Assembly (NCBI GenBank): GCA_050239825.1
Contig: JBFXGO010000009.1
Coordinates: 1 to 61,321, forward strand
Length of the DNA: 61,321 nucleotides
Direction: 5' to 3'
Source: a bacterium
GTDB taxonomy: Bacteria; Hydrothermota; 32-111
The position numbers were made by a program, and so were the translations under genes. This document shows positions 1 to 9,533 of the stretch, in pieces (the stretch's first letter is position 1; each line of letters starts with the position of its first letter). The notes beneath the pieces are model-generated. The model did not search any database. It was not told the DNA's origin and saw only the letters and a program-made list of their open reading frames with translations.

Positions 1-124
1 CGTACATATCTCTCTATCTGCTCTCGCTCCGCTTCTGTTAAAACTATTCGCTCTGATATGTTCATGCTTCATATTATATCATACTCTTTGTTAAATGTCA
101 AGAGATTTATGCGACACCACACTA
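1..124 (-). mobile_element. Left end of an IS630-family insertion sequence (partial; runs off the window start)
   Basis: The minus strand from 124 reads TAGTGTGGTGTCGCATAAAT, an IS630-type terminus at a CTAG/TA site (122-125). It is followed by TTGACA-17-TATAAT (101..73) and an ORF from ATG 65, MNISERIVLTEAEREQIERYVR, resembling IS630 transposase N-termini. Confidence 0.7.
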
Positions 125-1003
125 GATAGTAAAGTTTTTCAGCCATTTCATTCAGTTGATGAAATTATCGCTCTCAAAAAAATAATGCGAAAGGCCCCAA
201 AGGGCAACATTCCGATTTTGATTAAGAAAGTTGGCGATAAAATTACAGTTTCCGGCAGATTGTATAAATCAGGCGGGCTTGCCCATGATCCGAATATCGG
301 GGCATTAAGCTTGATTTGCGCCGCCATTAGAAAATTGGGATGGAATGGCGAAATTATCATTGCTAAACACGGCTTGAAGCAAAAGCATATTCAGTCCGAT
401 AATAAATTTGTAAAAATTGCCAACAGGTTGAATATAAAAATTCATGGCCTTTCAATTCCCGCGAGCAAACATCGGGATAATTATTGGAAATACGAAACAG
501 AAGGCGAAAAACTTGGCACGATTTTTATTCATTTGGTAGTTGAGAATTTTACAGAGGGATATTCAATTTTTGAAAATCACGCTGGATGCGAAAAAGGTTA
601 TTTTATAACAAGCGACGGCAAACATATTCCGCTTGAAAAATACTCGGACAGAAAAGCATACAAAGCCGGAAATAAAAACAAGATAATCAGCATTCCTGAT
701 TTAATTTTAATTGATTTCGGAAGAAGCGAAGTTATCAATATTGAGGGCAAAAAATATCAATTTCGCCAAAACGGAATTGAGGAGTTAAAAGGTTTTGGCG
801 ATATAGAGAAAACCTATATTAAAAAGTATTATCCGAAATTTAAAATTACTCGCACGGTTGTTTTATATGGCGGAACAGAAACGAAAATTATTGAAATTGA
901 AGTCGGATTTTTACTTAACGAAAATGGCGATTTGGTATTAGGAATAAAAGCACCGAGGTTATTTAGAGAAGCGATTAAAAATTTACTTAATTTTTGGAGT
1001 TAA
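125..1003 (+). pseudogene. 3' portion of a PD-(D/E)xK nuclease (putative restriction endonuclease) gene interrupted by IS630
   Basis: Motif PDLILID...INIEGKK. The track start at 95 lies inside the IS end, and the frame is open from the IS junction. Confidence 0.55.
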
Positions 1004-1007
1004 AAAT

Positions 1008-3776
1008 ATGAGTACAAATAATCTAACAAAGGGGTCAGTTTGGAGAAAGTGGGATTTGCAAGTTCAAACAAGATTGGATGCAAATTATACTTGTCTCGGA
1101 AATAATAGTTTGAGTGTGGCTAATTTACAAAAATTGATAACAGCAACCGGACTTACTGAAACAGAAATTACTGCCCAAGAAAAAGAAATTGACGCTCAAA
1201 AATACGCCAAGCTATTTATAAAATATGTTGAATTATTTACGGATATAAGCGTTTTTGGCATTACCGATCATAACACAGGTGCAGAAATTGACGCAATTAT
1301 CAATGAAGCAAAAAAATCATTTCGTGAAATTGTCATTTTGCCCGGCGTTGAGGTTTCATCCGCGCAAGGATTACATATTTTGTGCTTATTTGATCCAGAA
1401 AAAAAGTGGCGGGATAGTTGGACTGAATCAATAGATCATTTCCTAACGGAGATAGGATTAACAAATGGTGCTTTTAATGCTCAAAATCAACCACTAAATT
1501 CAACGAAAACGGCTCAAGAGATATTAACGATTACCAATAAAAAAGGTGGCTTGTGTATTTTTGCCCATATTGGGACGGATAACGGTCTTTTTAAATTTTC
1601 CAACACAGCAAGCGGTGGCAATGCCCATATTTCAGTTTACAAAGACAAACTTTGCCAAATAGTTCAATTGCCCCGTAGCGCAAATCTATCCAATGGGGTG
1701 CAGAATATTATCGAGGGAAAGGATCCGCAATATGGCAATAAAAGCGTAACCCAAATTAAATGCTCCGACGCTAGAAAATTAACAGAAATTGGAGCTTGCT
1801 TTACTTGGATTAAAGCCGATCAAACATTCAATGGTCTTAAACAAATAATTTTTGAGCCGGAAGATAGAGTTAAAATTCAGGAAAATTCACCTTACAAAGA
1901 CAAAAAAAAGATTTATTTCGAAAATTTAATAATTGATGGGCGGATTAATTTTATCTTGCCCAATATTACAATTCCGTTTAATTCAGAATTGATAACGGTT
2001 ATTGGTGGACGAGGGAGCGGAAAAAGTGCGCTTTTGGAAGCATTTGCGTTTCTAAATGAGGAGCATTTGAAAGTCGACCAAAATGGTAAAAAGAAAATAA
2101 TTGAATTTTATAGAGACAATGAAGTAGCAACTGACCCAGCGCCAAGTTTTATTACCAAAACAACTTTAGTCGACAAGGATTTAAATAAGCAAGAATTTCA
2201 AAAACAGCTTGCCGAACATGAAAATTTAGAACTTCCATTTTTATATTTAGGACAAGAGCAATTAAGCGGGCTTGCGACCAACGATATAGAATTGACCAAA
2301 ACAATTTGCGAGCTTATAGGCATTGATATTGCCGAATTAAGCCAACAAGCGCATATTTTTAAAGCAAGGGAAATACTCGCACAAATTAAAAATACCAACC
2401 AATCTCTTGGTGATGTTTTTAATCTTTATAAGCAAATTGGATATAACGAAACGACTGACTTTGAGAAATGGATTGCGTCATATTTAAAAAAACTTAGTGC
2501 GCAACAAAAACGCCTAACTTCGAAAGAAACTCGCACTACTCTTGAAGAAATAAATAAAAATACACAACGAGGCCTCAAACTCAAAGAACTTCTTGAACAA
2601 ATTGATGAAACAGTCAAAGAATTAAACAGTCTTGCCATAAACGCAAGTATAGGTTCTTTAAATAAAAGATTGGCTGGGTTATATCCTGATGAAAAGCCGA
2701 CAATAACCCCCATAGATTCAAAAAAACAGCTTACCGAAATTAGCCAGATTCAAGGGCAGATTAAAACCGAAATGGATACATTGCGAAAAGATATTATCGG
2801 AAAAAAAGCCGAACTTTCAAAATTAGGCATAAAAGAAGATGTAAATACTCTTTTGCAATCTAGCCAAACACTACAACAACGAATAAATAACGCAAACAGG
2901 GATTTGGAAAATTACAAAAACGCAATTATAAAGCTTTCTGAATTCATCAAACAGCGCAATGATATTCTTGTAAATGTAGAGGGCGGACTAAACGAATTAA
3001 AAGAGCAGATTGATGTAAAATTTGCCGAATTTAAGAATTCTCGCAATCATTCTGAAACACAAGAGAAAGAATTGTTTGAAAAAATAATTCAAGGCATTGA
3101 AATTGAGGGTGATATTGTTTTTGATGAAGAGCAATTTTGCAATGATGTTCTCGGTAAATTTGTTGATAATAGAAAAATAAAAAATGAGAATGATCTCAGA
3201 GAAGAAATTTCTGGTAAAAATACTGACGGCACAGCAAAACATATTACACTAATATCTATTACTAATTGGGTCAAACAAGATTTATCAACCAAACTTTATT
3301 TCAATAGGGGTGGAGCAGACGGAATGATTGAATATATTTTTACCAATTGGCCCCAATTTATGAGGGTTCGGGCAATTGTAAAATTAAATGGCAAATCAAC
3401 GGAAGTATTATCGATTGGCCAAAGAGGAACATTATTATTGAAAGTTTTTCTTGCCACAGCAACAGCAAAACAGGTATTTATTATTGACCAGCCGGAAGAT
3501 AATTTAGATAATAATTTCATCATGCACGAATTAGTTCCACTTATCCGAAAAGCAAAGGTTTCTCGTCAAATCATTATGTCTACACATAATGCCAATTTAG
3601 TCGTAAATGCCGACGCAGAACAAATTATTGTTGCGCGTCTTGATAACGAAGGAGATTATATAAGCGGTAGTATTGAAAACCAAACTATCAATCAAAGTAT
3701 TAAAGAAATTCTTGAAGGTGGCGAGGAAGCATTTAGAAATCGTGAAAATAAATATGGTATGGCTATAATAAATTGA
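1008..3776 (+). CDS. PHP-domain plus ABC/SMC-like ATPase (Ppl/TrlF family), candidate anti-phage protein
   Basis: N-terminal GSVWRKWDL, TDHN and PGVE; Walker A GGRGSGKS; long coiled coil; signature LSIGQR; Walker B IIDQPED; H-loop STHN. Confidence 0.85.
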   Translation: MSTNNLTKGSVWRKWDLQVQTRLDANYTCLGNNSLSVANLQKLITATGLTETEITAQEKEIDAQKYAKLFIKYVELFTDISVFGITDHNTGAEIDAIINEAKKSFREIVILPGVEVSSAQGLHILCLFDPEKKWRDSWTESIDHFLTEIGLTNGAFNAQNQPLNSTKTAQEILTITNKKGGLCIFAHIGTDNGLFKFSNTASGGNAHISVYKDKLCQIVQLPRSANLSNGVQNIIEGKDPQYGNKSVTQIKCSDARKLTEIGACFTWIKADQTFNGLKQIIFEPEDRVKIQENSPYKDKKKIYFENLIIDGRINFILPNITIPFNSELITVIGGRGSGKSALLEAFAFLNEEHLKVDQNGKKKIIEFYRDNEVATDPAPSFITKTTLVDKDLNKQEFQKQLAEHENLELPFLYLGQEQLSGLATNDIELTKTICELIGIDIAELSQQAHIFKAREILAQIKNTNQSLGDVFNLYKQIGYNETTDFEKWIASYLKKLSAQQKRLTSKETRTTLEEINKNTQRGLKLKELLEQIDETVKELNSLAINASIGSLNKRLAGLYPDEKPTITPIDSKKQLTEISQIQGQIKTEMDTLRKDIIGKKAELSKLGIKEDVNTLLQSSQTLQQRINNANRDLENYKNAIIKLSEFIKQRNDILVNVEGGLNELKEQIDVKFAEFKNSRNHSETQEKELFEKIIQGIEIEGDIVFDEEQFCNDVLGKFVDNRKIKNENDLREEISGKNTDGTAKHITLISITNWVKQDLSTKLYFNRGGADGMIEYIFTNWPQFMRVRAIVKLNGKSTEVLSIGQRGTLLLKVFLATATAKQVFIIDQPEDNLDNNFIMHELVPLIRKAKVSRQIIMSTHNANLVVNADAEQIIVARLDNEGDYISGSIENQTINQSIKEILEGGEEAFRNRENKYGMAIIN

Positions 3777-4020
3777 TGTCCCGCCGTCCGCTCGCAAAAA
3801 ATTCTGGCCGTTCAATCAGGCGGGCAAAAATTTCTTCCCCCCCAACCTCCCGCTCGCCTCGCTACGCGAAGCGTTGCGGACAGGTCTTCCTTTTTTCCCG
3901 CCCGAGCGTTCAGTTTTCTGCTCCGCCTTTGGCGGAGCAATCAGTCGGAGTTTCGTTCAAAAAAGGTTCGAGCCTCGTTCAGTAATTGCGAGCCGACGTT
4001 AGGCTCGCCTGCCGTAGCTC
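3777..4020. mobile_element. GC-rich, palindrome-rich island boundary or att-like remnant
   Basis: Abrupt rise in GC. Hairpins TGCTCCGCC-TTT-GGCGGAGCA (3919-3939) and GAGCC..GGCTC (3990-4006). The minus strand at 3941-3991 encodes an orphan tail SQLLNEARTFFERNSD*. Confidence 0.45.
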
Positions 4021-4043
4021 CCAAAGATACAGGGCAAGACAGA

Positions 4044-4072
4044 AAAAAAGGGGCGCTGTGCGCCCCTTTTTT
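4044..4072. terminator. Bidirectional intrinsic terminator
   Basis: Perfect hairpin AAAAAAGGGGCGC-TGT-GCGCCCCTTTTTT with U-tracts on both strands, between convergent units. Confidence 0.9.
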
Positions 4073-4095
4073 ATTTTACTTAAAACATGTTTTAC

Positions 4096-4731
4096 TCAGT
4101 GTATGTCCTTCTCATCAATTATCTTCCTATAATCTGTTCCGTAATACTCCTCGGCATCCACAATCTTCACTTCTCTCATGTAATCGCCCTTTTTAATCCT
4201 GTCAAGCACCTCCATCTTCTCTATCACCTGACCGAAGACAGTGTATTTGCCGTCAAGATGCGGAGTCGCTCCGAGACAGATGTAAAATTGACTGCCCGCC
4301 GAGTTTGGGTCCTGCGAACGGGCCATAGCTACTGTCCCCTTCAGATGTTTGATGTCATTGAATTCGGCATCAACATTGTAGCCCGGACCACCCATGTTTG
4401 TATTGTCAGGGCTTCCGGTCTGAATTACAAATCCCGGCTCCACTCTGAAAATAACAAGACCATTGTAAAATTTCTTCTCCGAAAGTGTTACAAAGTTTTT
4501 CACATGATTGAAAGCTTTGTCGGGATAGAATCTGATAACCATAGTATCCTCATTCTCTCCGTTCTGAGACTGCCAGACGAACAATGCCAGCTTCTCTTTG
4601 CTCAAGCCAACCTCCTTTGTTTGTTCTTCTTTTTTCTCTTCCTGCTTGTTAAGATCAACTGCATTCTGGGACGGTTTGCATCCTGCAAAAACCATCAAAG
4701 AGGCAGTGATTAAAATCAAGAGTCTCTTCAT
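4096..4731 (-). CDS. Cyclophilin-type peptidyl-prolyl isomerase, lipoprotein
   Basis: FYNGLVIFRVEPGFVIQTG, VAMARS, SAGSQFYI and HLDGKYTVFGQV; lipobox FAGC; RBS GGAGG. Confidence 0.93.
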   Translation of the reverse strand: MKRLLILITASLMVFAGCKPSQNAVDLNKQEEKKEEQTKEVGLSKEKLALFVWQSQNGENEDTMVIRFYPDKAFNHVKNFVTLSEKKFYNGLVIFRVEPGFVIQTGSPDNTNMGGPGYNVDAEFNDIKHLKGTVAMARSQDPNSAGSQFYICLGATPHLDGKYTVFGQVIEKMEVLDRIKKGDYMREVKIVDAEEYYGTDYRKIIDEKDIH

Positions 4732-4743
4732 TTTACCTCCTGT

Positions 4744-5706
4744 TTATCGTCTTAAAATCAAATAGACAGTATAAATCAGATAACACACTATAAAAACAAC
4801 CGACTGTTTTCTTTCAATCATGTGGCTGTTTCCTATGAACATTGTTGCAAAGAGCATCAGAGTGGCGATTGTCATAATTATCAAATCAACATTCATCACT
4901 GTTATGAATTGTGCATCTCTCACTACGGCCCCTAACCCGAGAATGAATAGAATATTGAATATGTTTGAACCGATTATATTGCCTATAGAGATGTCTGAAT
5001 TTTTCCTATATGCCGCAACTACGGAAGTAGCAAGTTCAGGCATGGATGTTCCTGCCGCAATAATTGTCAATGAGATAAATTTTTCAGATATTCCGATCTG
5101 TCTGGAAAGAAAAACTGCAGAATCGGTTAAAAATTTTCCTCCTGCTCCAAGCCCGACAACGCCTATTATTATAAAAGTGATGGCTTTTAGGAGAGGCATA
5201 TCTTTTATGTCGGAACTCTCAATTGAGTGAACCTTTGCTATATTTATAGTATATATTATGAACATTACAAAAAATATAAGAAGTACAATTCCATCAATCC
5301 TTGAGAGCACATTCACCGCCTCTCCGTCAATGAAAGAATCATTCACAAGAACGACAAGAAGCGCCGATGTGAATATGGCGAATGGTATCTCCTTCCAGGT
5401 TGTATTCTTTTTTACTTTTATGGGATGTATAAGGGCGGCTATGCCAAGAATCATCAAAATATTAAATATGTTAGAACCAACAACATTTCCAAAGACAATT
5501 TCATTATGTCCTGTCATAGAAGAGTATATGTTAACGACAAATTCCGGCATTGATGTGCCGAATGCCACAACCGTCAGCCCTATTGCTATATCCGAAATTT
5601 TCATTCTCTTAGCAAGTGAGCTTGCACCTGATACAAGAATATCTGCCGCCTTCAAAAGAACAGCAAATGAGCCGATGAGAACAATCAACTGAATCCATAT
5701 ATTCAT
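4744..5706 (-). CDS. Calcium/sodium antiporter (YrbG/CaCA family)
   Basis: Two alpha repeats (GTSMPE...GNVVGSNIFN and GTSMPE...GNIIGSNIFN) and about 10 TM segments. Start moved to ATG 5706, downstream of a TTGACA-17-TAAAAT promoter. Confidence 0.92.
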   Translation of the reverse strand: MNIWIQLIVLIGSFAVLLKAADILVSGASSLAKRMKISDIAIGLTVVAFGTSMPEFVVNIYSSMTGHNEIVFGNVVGSNIFNILMILGIAALIHPIKVKKNTTWKEIPFAIFTSALLVVLVNDSFIDGEAVNVLSRIDGIVLLIFFVMFIIYTINIAKVHSIESSDIKDMPLLKAITFIIIGVVGLGAGGKFLTDSAVFLSRQIGISEKFISLTIIAAGTSMPELATSVVAAYRKNSDISIGNIIGSNIFNILFILGLGAVVRDAQFITVMNVDLIIMTIATLMLFATMFIGNSHMIERKQSVVFIVCYLIYTVYLILRR

Positions 5707-5804
5707 AGTGTGATATTTTACCAAATTTATCATTAAATGTCAAATTCAAATAGAATATGCAAAATTACCCTTGATTTTTGTCTTTCTTCTGTTATATTTT
5801 CTTT

Positions 5805-6557
5805 ATGTATGATTTTGTGCGCCTGAACAAACACAATATCGGTTTGGCATTCTCCTGCACCAGAGACCATTCTCTATGGGGCACAGATTACCATCAAAAA
5901 TCCAACAAATTCTTAATTGACAATCTTGATTACAGAATCTACGGACTGGGGGCTTTATGCGACAAGAATCCCATAGGCCATGCTCTTCTGGTTGACGCAA
6001 AACCGCCTTTATCGCCTGTGGAATCTGTTAGCGGACTATATCTCCACTGCCTCTACGTATCCCCGGAACACAGAAACAAAGAGGTGGGCTCTGCGCTCCT
6101 CAGACAGATTGAAAAGGAAGCGATGCTGGAAAAGAAGGATGCTGTTTTTCTCAATACAATAGGAATGCAGTGGATGAGCAGAGGTTTTTTTGAAAAGCGC
6201 GGCTATACTGCTGTCAATGAGGATGACCTTGATACAACTATGATGATTTCTTTTAAAAGCAATGTCGAGTATAGAATTTTAAGGGATATACCGGTTCATG
6301 AAACTAAGATAAATCACCTTGTAATCAACTATAATCCTCTCTGTCCGCTGATGCTTTACAGGTATTCAATGCTTGCAAAGGCAGTTGCGGAAGAGCTTGA
6401 GGAAATTGAAATCGTAGAGAATAATATTGAATTGGCTTCTGACATGAAAGAACAGCTCTCATACGGAGTTTATTTCAACAATCTACCAATACTTGTAAAT
6501 GAGAATAGACTTGCCGAAGCCGTTTTGATGATAAAATCCCTCATAATTAAAATTTAA
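5805..6557 (+). CDS. GNAT family N-acetyltransferase (YoaP-like C-terminus)
   Basis: Acetyl-CoA motif CLYVSPEHRNKEVGSALL, FFEKRGY and a C-terminal YNPLCP. Confidence 0.75.
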   Translation: MYDFVRLNKHNIGLAFSCTRDHSLWGTDYHQKSNKFLIDNLDYRIYGLGALCDKNPIGHALLVDAKPPLSPVESVSGLYLHCLYVSPEHRNKEVGSALLRQIEKEAMLEKKDAVFLNTIGMQWMSRGFFEKRGYTAVNEDDLDTTMMISFKSNVEYRILRDIPVHETKINHLVINYNPLCPLMLYRYSMLAKAVAEELEEIEIVENNIELASDMKEQLSYGVYFNNLPILVNENRLAEAVLMIKSLIIKI

Positions 6558-7669
6558 ATCTCAATATCAGTTAAAATATAATTCATTATTAAAAATCCGG
6601 CGTCAGTAAAACTCAAATTGCCGTCATATAGTTTCAATTTCCCTGTTTTAACATACTCAAGTGTTTTTAGTTCATTCAGATGTCTTTCAATCTCTTGATT
6701 CAATTTTATACCGTTAACTGTGCGCATAGAAAGCATTATTTTCTCAAAGATTCTCCTGCCATCGTCAATACTCTCTACGCACTCGAGCTTTCCGCCGCTC
6801 TCTATGTAATCCTCTATGCTGTCTGTATTCTGACTTCTGGATTTACCATCATAAGAGGCGGCTGAGACGCCGTACCCCGTATAAACTGAATCTACATCCC
6901 AGTATGCTGAGTTGTGGACCGACTTATAGCTTTTCTTTGCAAAGTTTGAAACCTCATACCTTTCAAAATTTCTTTTGTAAAGCTCCTCAAGAAGCATAAA
7001 ATACTCTTTCTCAATTGCGGCATCATTTTTCACTCTGTATCCTTTCGTGAAGAGAGGAGTCTTCTCCTCTACCGTCAGCATATATGTCGAAATATGCTTA
7101 ATCGGATAATCGTCAACAAATGAGATGTTCTGCCTGTGACCTGTGACCCCCCATATAAGGTCTATCGTCAGATTGTCATCTTCATCAAAAATTCCTAATG
7201 CCTCCTCAACCTCTCTTCTTCTGTGCGGTCGGTCTAACACCCTAAGCACATTATCGTCTATAGACTGCACCCCGAGCGAGAACCTATCTATTCCGAGAGA
7301 TTTGTAAAAGAGTATCCTTTCCTTTGTAACCGATTCAGGGTTGAGTTCTATTGTAAATTCTTTAATGCCAAGAGCGTCATACCTGTTCTTCAACTCATAA
7401 ACAGTCTTCTCTATGCTTTTAAGCGAGACGATAGATGGAGTTCCGCCTCCCAAGTAGATAGTCCCCACTCTTTCAAACAGCGGCTCCCTCTCGCGTATCT
7501 CCGCACAGAGTACATCAAAGTATCTCTCTTCAATCCTTTCGTCATGTTTTTGCGAGATAAAAGAGCAATAAGCGCATTTTTTCCTGCAGAATGGTATGTG
7601 CAGATAAATTCCGCTGTTTGGGGACGGTGCTTGACATCTTGACATTTTCTTGTTTTGCTTTTGCTTCAT
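6554..7669 (-). CDS. hemW: Radical SAM heme chaperone HemW (HemN-like)
   Basis: YLHIPFCRKKCAYCSF (CxxxCxxC), GGGTPS, ELNP, YEVSNF and HNSAYW (HNxxYW). The true start may be 7645. Confidence 0.88.
   Translation of the reverse strand: MKQKQNKKMSRCQAPSPNSGIYLHIPFCRKKCAYCSFISQKHDERIEERYFDVLCAEIREREPLFERVGTIYLGGGTPSIVSLKSIEKTVYELKNRYDALGIKEFTIELNPESVTKERILFYKSLGIDRFSLGVQSIDDNVLRVLDRPHRRREVEEALGIFDEDDNLTIDLIWGVTGHRQNISFVDDYPIKHISTYMLTVEEKTPLFTKGYRVKNDAAIEKEYFMLLEELYKRNFERYEVSNFAKKSYKSVHNSAYWDVDSVYTGYGVSAASYDGKSRSQNTDSIEDYIESGGKLECVESIDDGRRIFEKIMLSMRTVNGIKLNQEIERHLNELKTLEYVKTGKLKLYDGNLSFTDAGFLIMNYILTDIEI
7620..7645. repeat. RAYT-like end motif GGGGACGGTGCTTGACATCTTGACAT
   Basis: Matches the reverse complement of 14567-14591 apart from a one-base indel, and lies in frame at the hemW 5' end. 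Confidence 0.7.
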
Positions 7670-7829
7670 GATTTAATTCTATATCTGCGAAACTATTTGT
7701 CAACCGGCTTTTTCATTTACTTCAATATTTTCCACTCCTGCCGCTATTCTCTTTTCTCTCTCTTTTACCCAACCACCCAGCACCTCATACCTTTTAACTT
7801 TTTTACTTTTCTACCGATCAACCAGCGTA

Positions 7830-8284
7830 CTATTTTATCCTTACCATTTTGTCAATTATTGTCTGACTGTTTGCATTAAGCTTGATAAAATATATCCCAT
7901 TCTTCAAGTGCCTGATGTCTGTCTTGTGTTCTCCGTTTGTCTCTGATTCCTCTTTAATTAATTCTCTTCCTGATATATCGTAAACTGTTAATGTTCCTTC
8001 TTCATTTGTATTCCATATTATGTATTGGTTCTTGATTGTGGGGACAGTACAAGTACATGTCCCCAAGCTCACGGCGCACGGCTTACGGTTTTCCTGTATT
8101 CCGTTCACAACAGCTGACGAGTCTTCAAATATGTATGTACCGTATTCAAATAATGCATCTCCTATGCCTGAAAAAATTATCTCATCATAGCCATTCAGGT
8201 TAAAGTCATGGCAGGTTACATGACTTTCTATCAAATCATAAGTAGGGCATGTCCATTCCCATATTGCTACTATTGAGTCATTAC
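7830..8284 (-). pseudogene. 3' remnant of a secreted protein with FG-GAP-like motif and T9SS type A sorting domain
   Basis: The frame is open up to the IS edge at 8284. DFNLNGYDEII and VYDISGR...LKNGIYFIK...KMVRIK are present; there is no start or signal peptide. Confidence 0.75.
8039..8065. repeat. 27-bp palindrome TGGGGACA-N11-TGTCCCCA within coding sequence
   Basis: Perfect 8-bp arms, length a multiple of 3, and the same GTCCCC core as the other end motifs. Confidence 0.7.
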
Positions 8285-8466
8285 TGTAATGGCTCTCTTG
8301 TCAAGACACAAGATTTTGATAAATTGTGTTTAATGTCTTCTCGCCTCTTATTGCTGCTAAAGCCACCCGCGCCTTGAATCCTGATTCGTGTCTCTTAGAG
8401 TCCATTTCTGCCTCCTTTTTTAACACATTCTACCACTAAAATGTCCTATTTCAAGAGGCCATTATA
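8285..8466 (-). mobile_element. Internally deleted IS3-family element (182 bp)
   Basis: Imperfect IRs TGTAATGGCTCTCTTG..GACA and TATAATGGCCTCTTG..GACA. RBS AGGAGG precedes a 34-aa OrfA stub at 8405-8301, MDSKRHESGFKARVALAAIRGEKTLN. Confidence 0.85.
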
Positions 8467-8858
8467 ATGAACAATGGAAACGCAACATCAATCATAGTGT
8501 GAGTATTTTCGTCAACTATCTTTCGAAATCCGACAGGAGCAGTCTCATTGCTTATTGAAATAACTCCATGTTCGTTTTCGGTCAAGTAATATGAAAAGTT
8601 AAACATAGTCTTTGAAGGAAGAATAGGTAGTTGTGAATATTTATTACAGTCAAATTCATATTTTCTATATCCTTTATACTGTATTGCATCAATGAGATTC
8701 AATGGGGACATAGTATGATCACCCCATGTTAACCAACCATTTACATAGTTTCCTTCTGCTTTATTTCCATGGAGGAATATTATTGGATAATCTTCAGCAA
8801 AAAGATTTAACGATATTAATGTCAATAAAAGTAAAATAATAAATAATCCTTTCTTCAT
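8467..8858 (-). pseudogene. 5' remnant of a secreted alpha/beta-hydrolase-like protein truncated by the mini-IS3
   Basis: RBS AGGAGG, signal peptide and YPIIFLHG; the frame runs into the IS and stops at 8451. Confidence 0.65.
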
Positions 8859-8879
8859 AGTTCCTCCTTTTTCATTGTT

Positions 8880-9518
8880 CTATTTTGACTTGAATGCAAT
8901 AGAGAGCCCAACTCCCATTTGATTCCTCTGCCAGAACTCAAGATTTTCTCCATAATTTTCCTTATAGATATTTGCGTGTCGGCCTGACACAAAAGGCATT
9001 ACTACTAAATGCTTCCCAATTGTAAACTCATACGCTGCTCTTGCATAAGTTGAGTTAATAATATAACTATATTCCCCCAGATAATCTCCTGCTTGGTTTT
9101 GCGCAGTGCCGATTGTCAGAGAAAATGCCTTTTTCAGGAAACAGATGCTTCCATTCCATTCGAGTGGAAATGCGTTTGACAATCCGATTCCCCCTGCCAG
9201 TGTTACTCCATCTATCACAATCGCATTAAAATTGAATTGTTTTCTGGCGCTAAGATCTGCCGCATACGGTAAACCAGAAGCTAATCTCAATTCTAGTCCT
9301 CCGTCAAAACCTCCTCCAAGTCCGAACCTCGAATATAATGAACTATAAACTGCCATTTCAGTAGCATCGTCCCAACGTCTCTCAACATGCGTTCCCAGTC
9401 CCAGATAAACTCCGCCTTTATCAAGCACGCGGGAAGGATAGTATATCATCGACAAACAGCTTGTTGATGTAATTGAGATAAATATCAGAACAGAAACCAA
9501 CCATGTTCCTTTATTCAT
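8880..9518 (-). CDS. Hypothetical outer-membrane beta-barrel protein, possible lipoprotein
   Basis: N-terminal hydrophobic signal ending TSC, alternating beta-strand pattern, C-terminal GVGLSIAF and RBS GGAGG. Confidence 0.6.
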   Translation of the reverse strand: MNKGTWLVSVLIFISITSTSCLSMIYYPSRVLDKGGVYLGLGTHVERRWDDATEMAVYSSLYSRFGLGGGFDGGLELRLASGLPYAADLSARKQFNFNAIVIDGVTLAGGIGLSNAFPLEWNGSICFLKKAFSLTIGTAQNQAGDYLGEYSYIINSTYARAAYEFTIGKHLVVMPFVSGRHANIYKENYGENLEFWQRNQMGVGLSIAFKSK

Positions 9519-9533
9519 ATCTTAATACCTCCC

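Noticed and set aside
3773..3985. 70-aa ORF after the ATPase
   Set aside because: It translates palindromic GC-rich boundary DNA and has no RBS or protein-like composition.
3960..3995. GGTTCGAG as a tRNA T-loop
   Set aside because: No cloverleaf, D arm or acceptor stem can be formed; at most it is an att-like remnant.
4087..4713. 208-aa plus-strand ORF
   Set aside because: It is an antisense shadow of the cyclophilin; the same applies to most short opposite-strand ORFs in the track.
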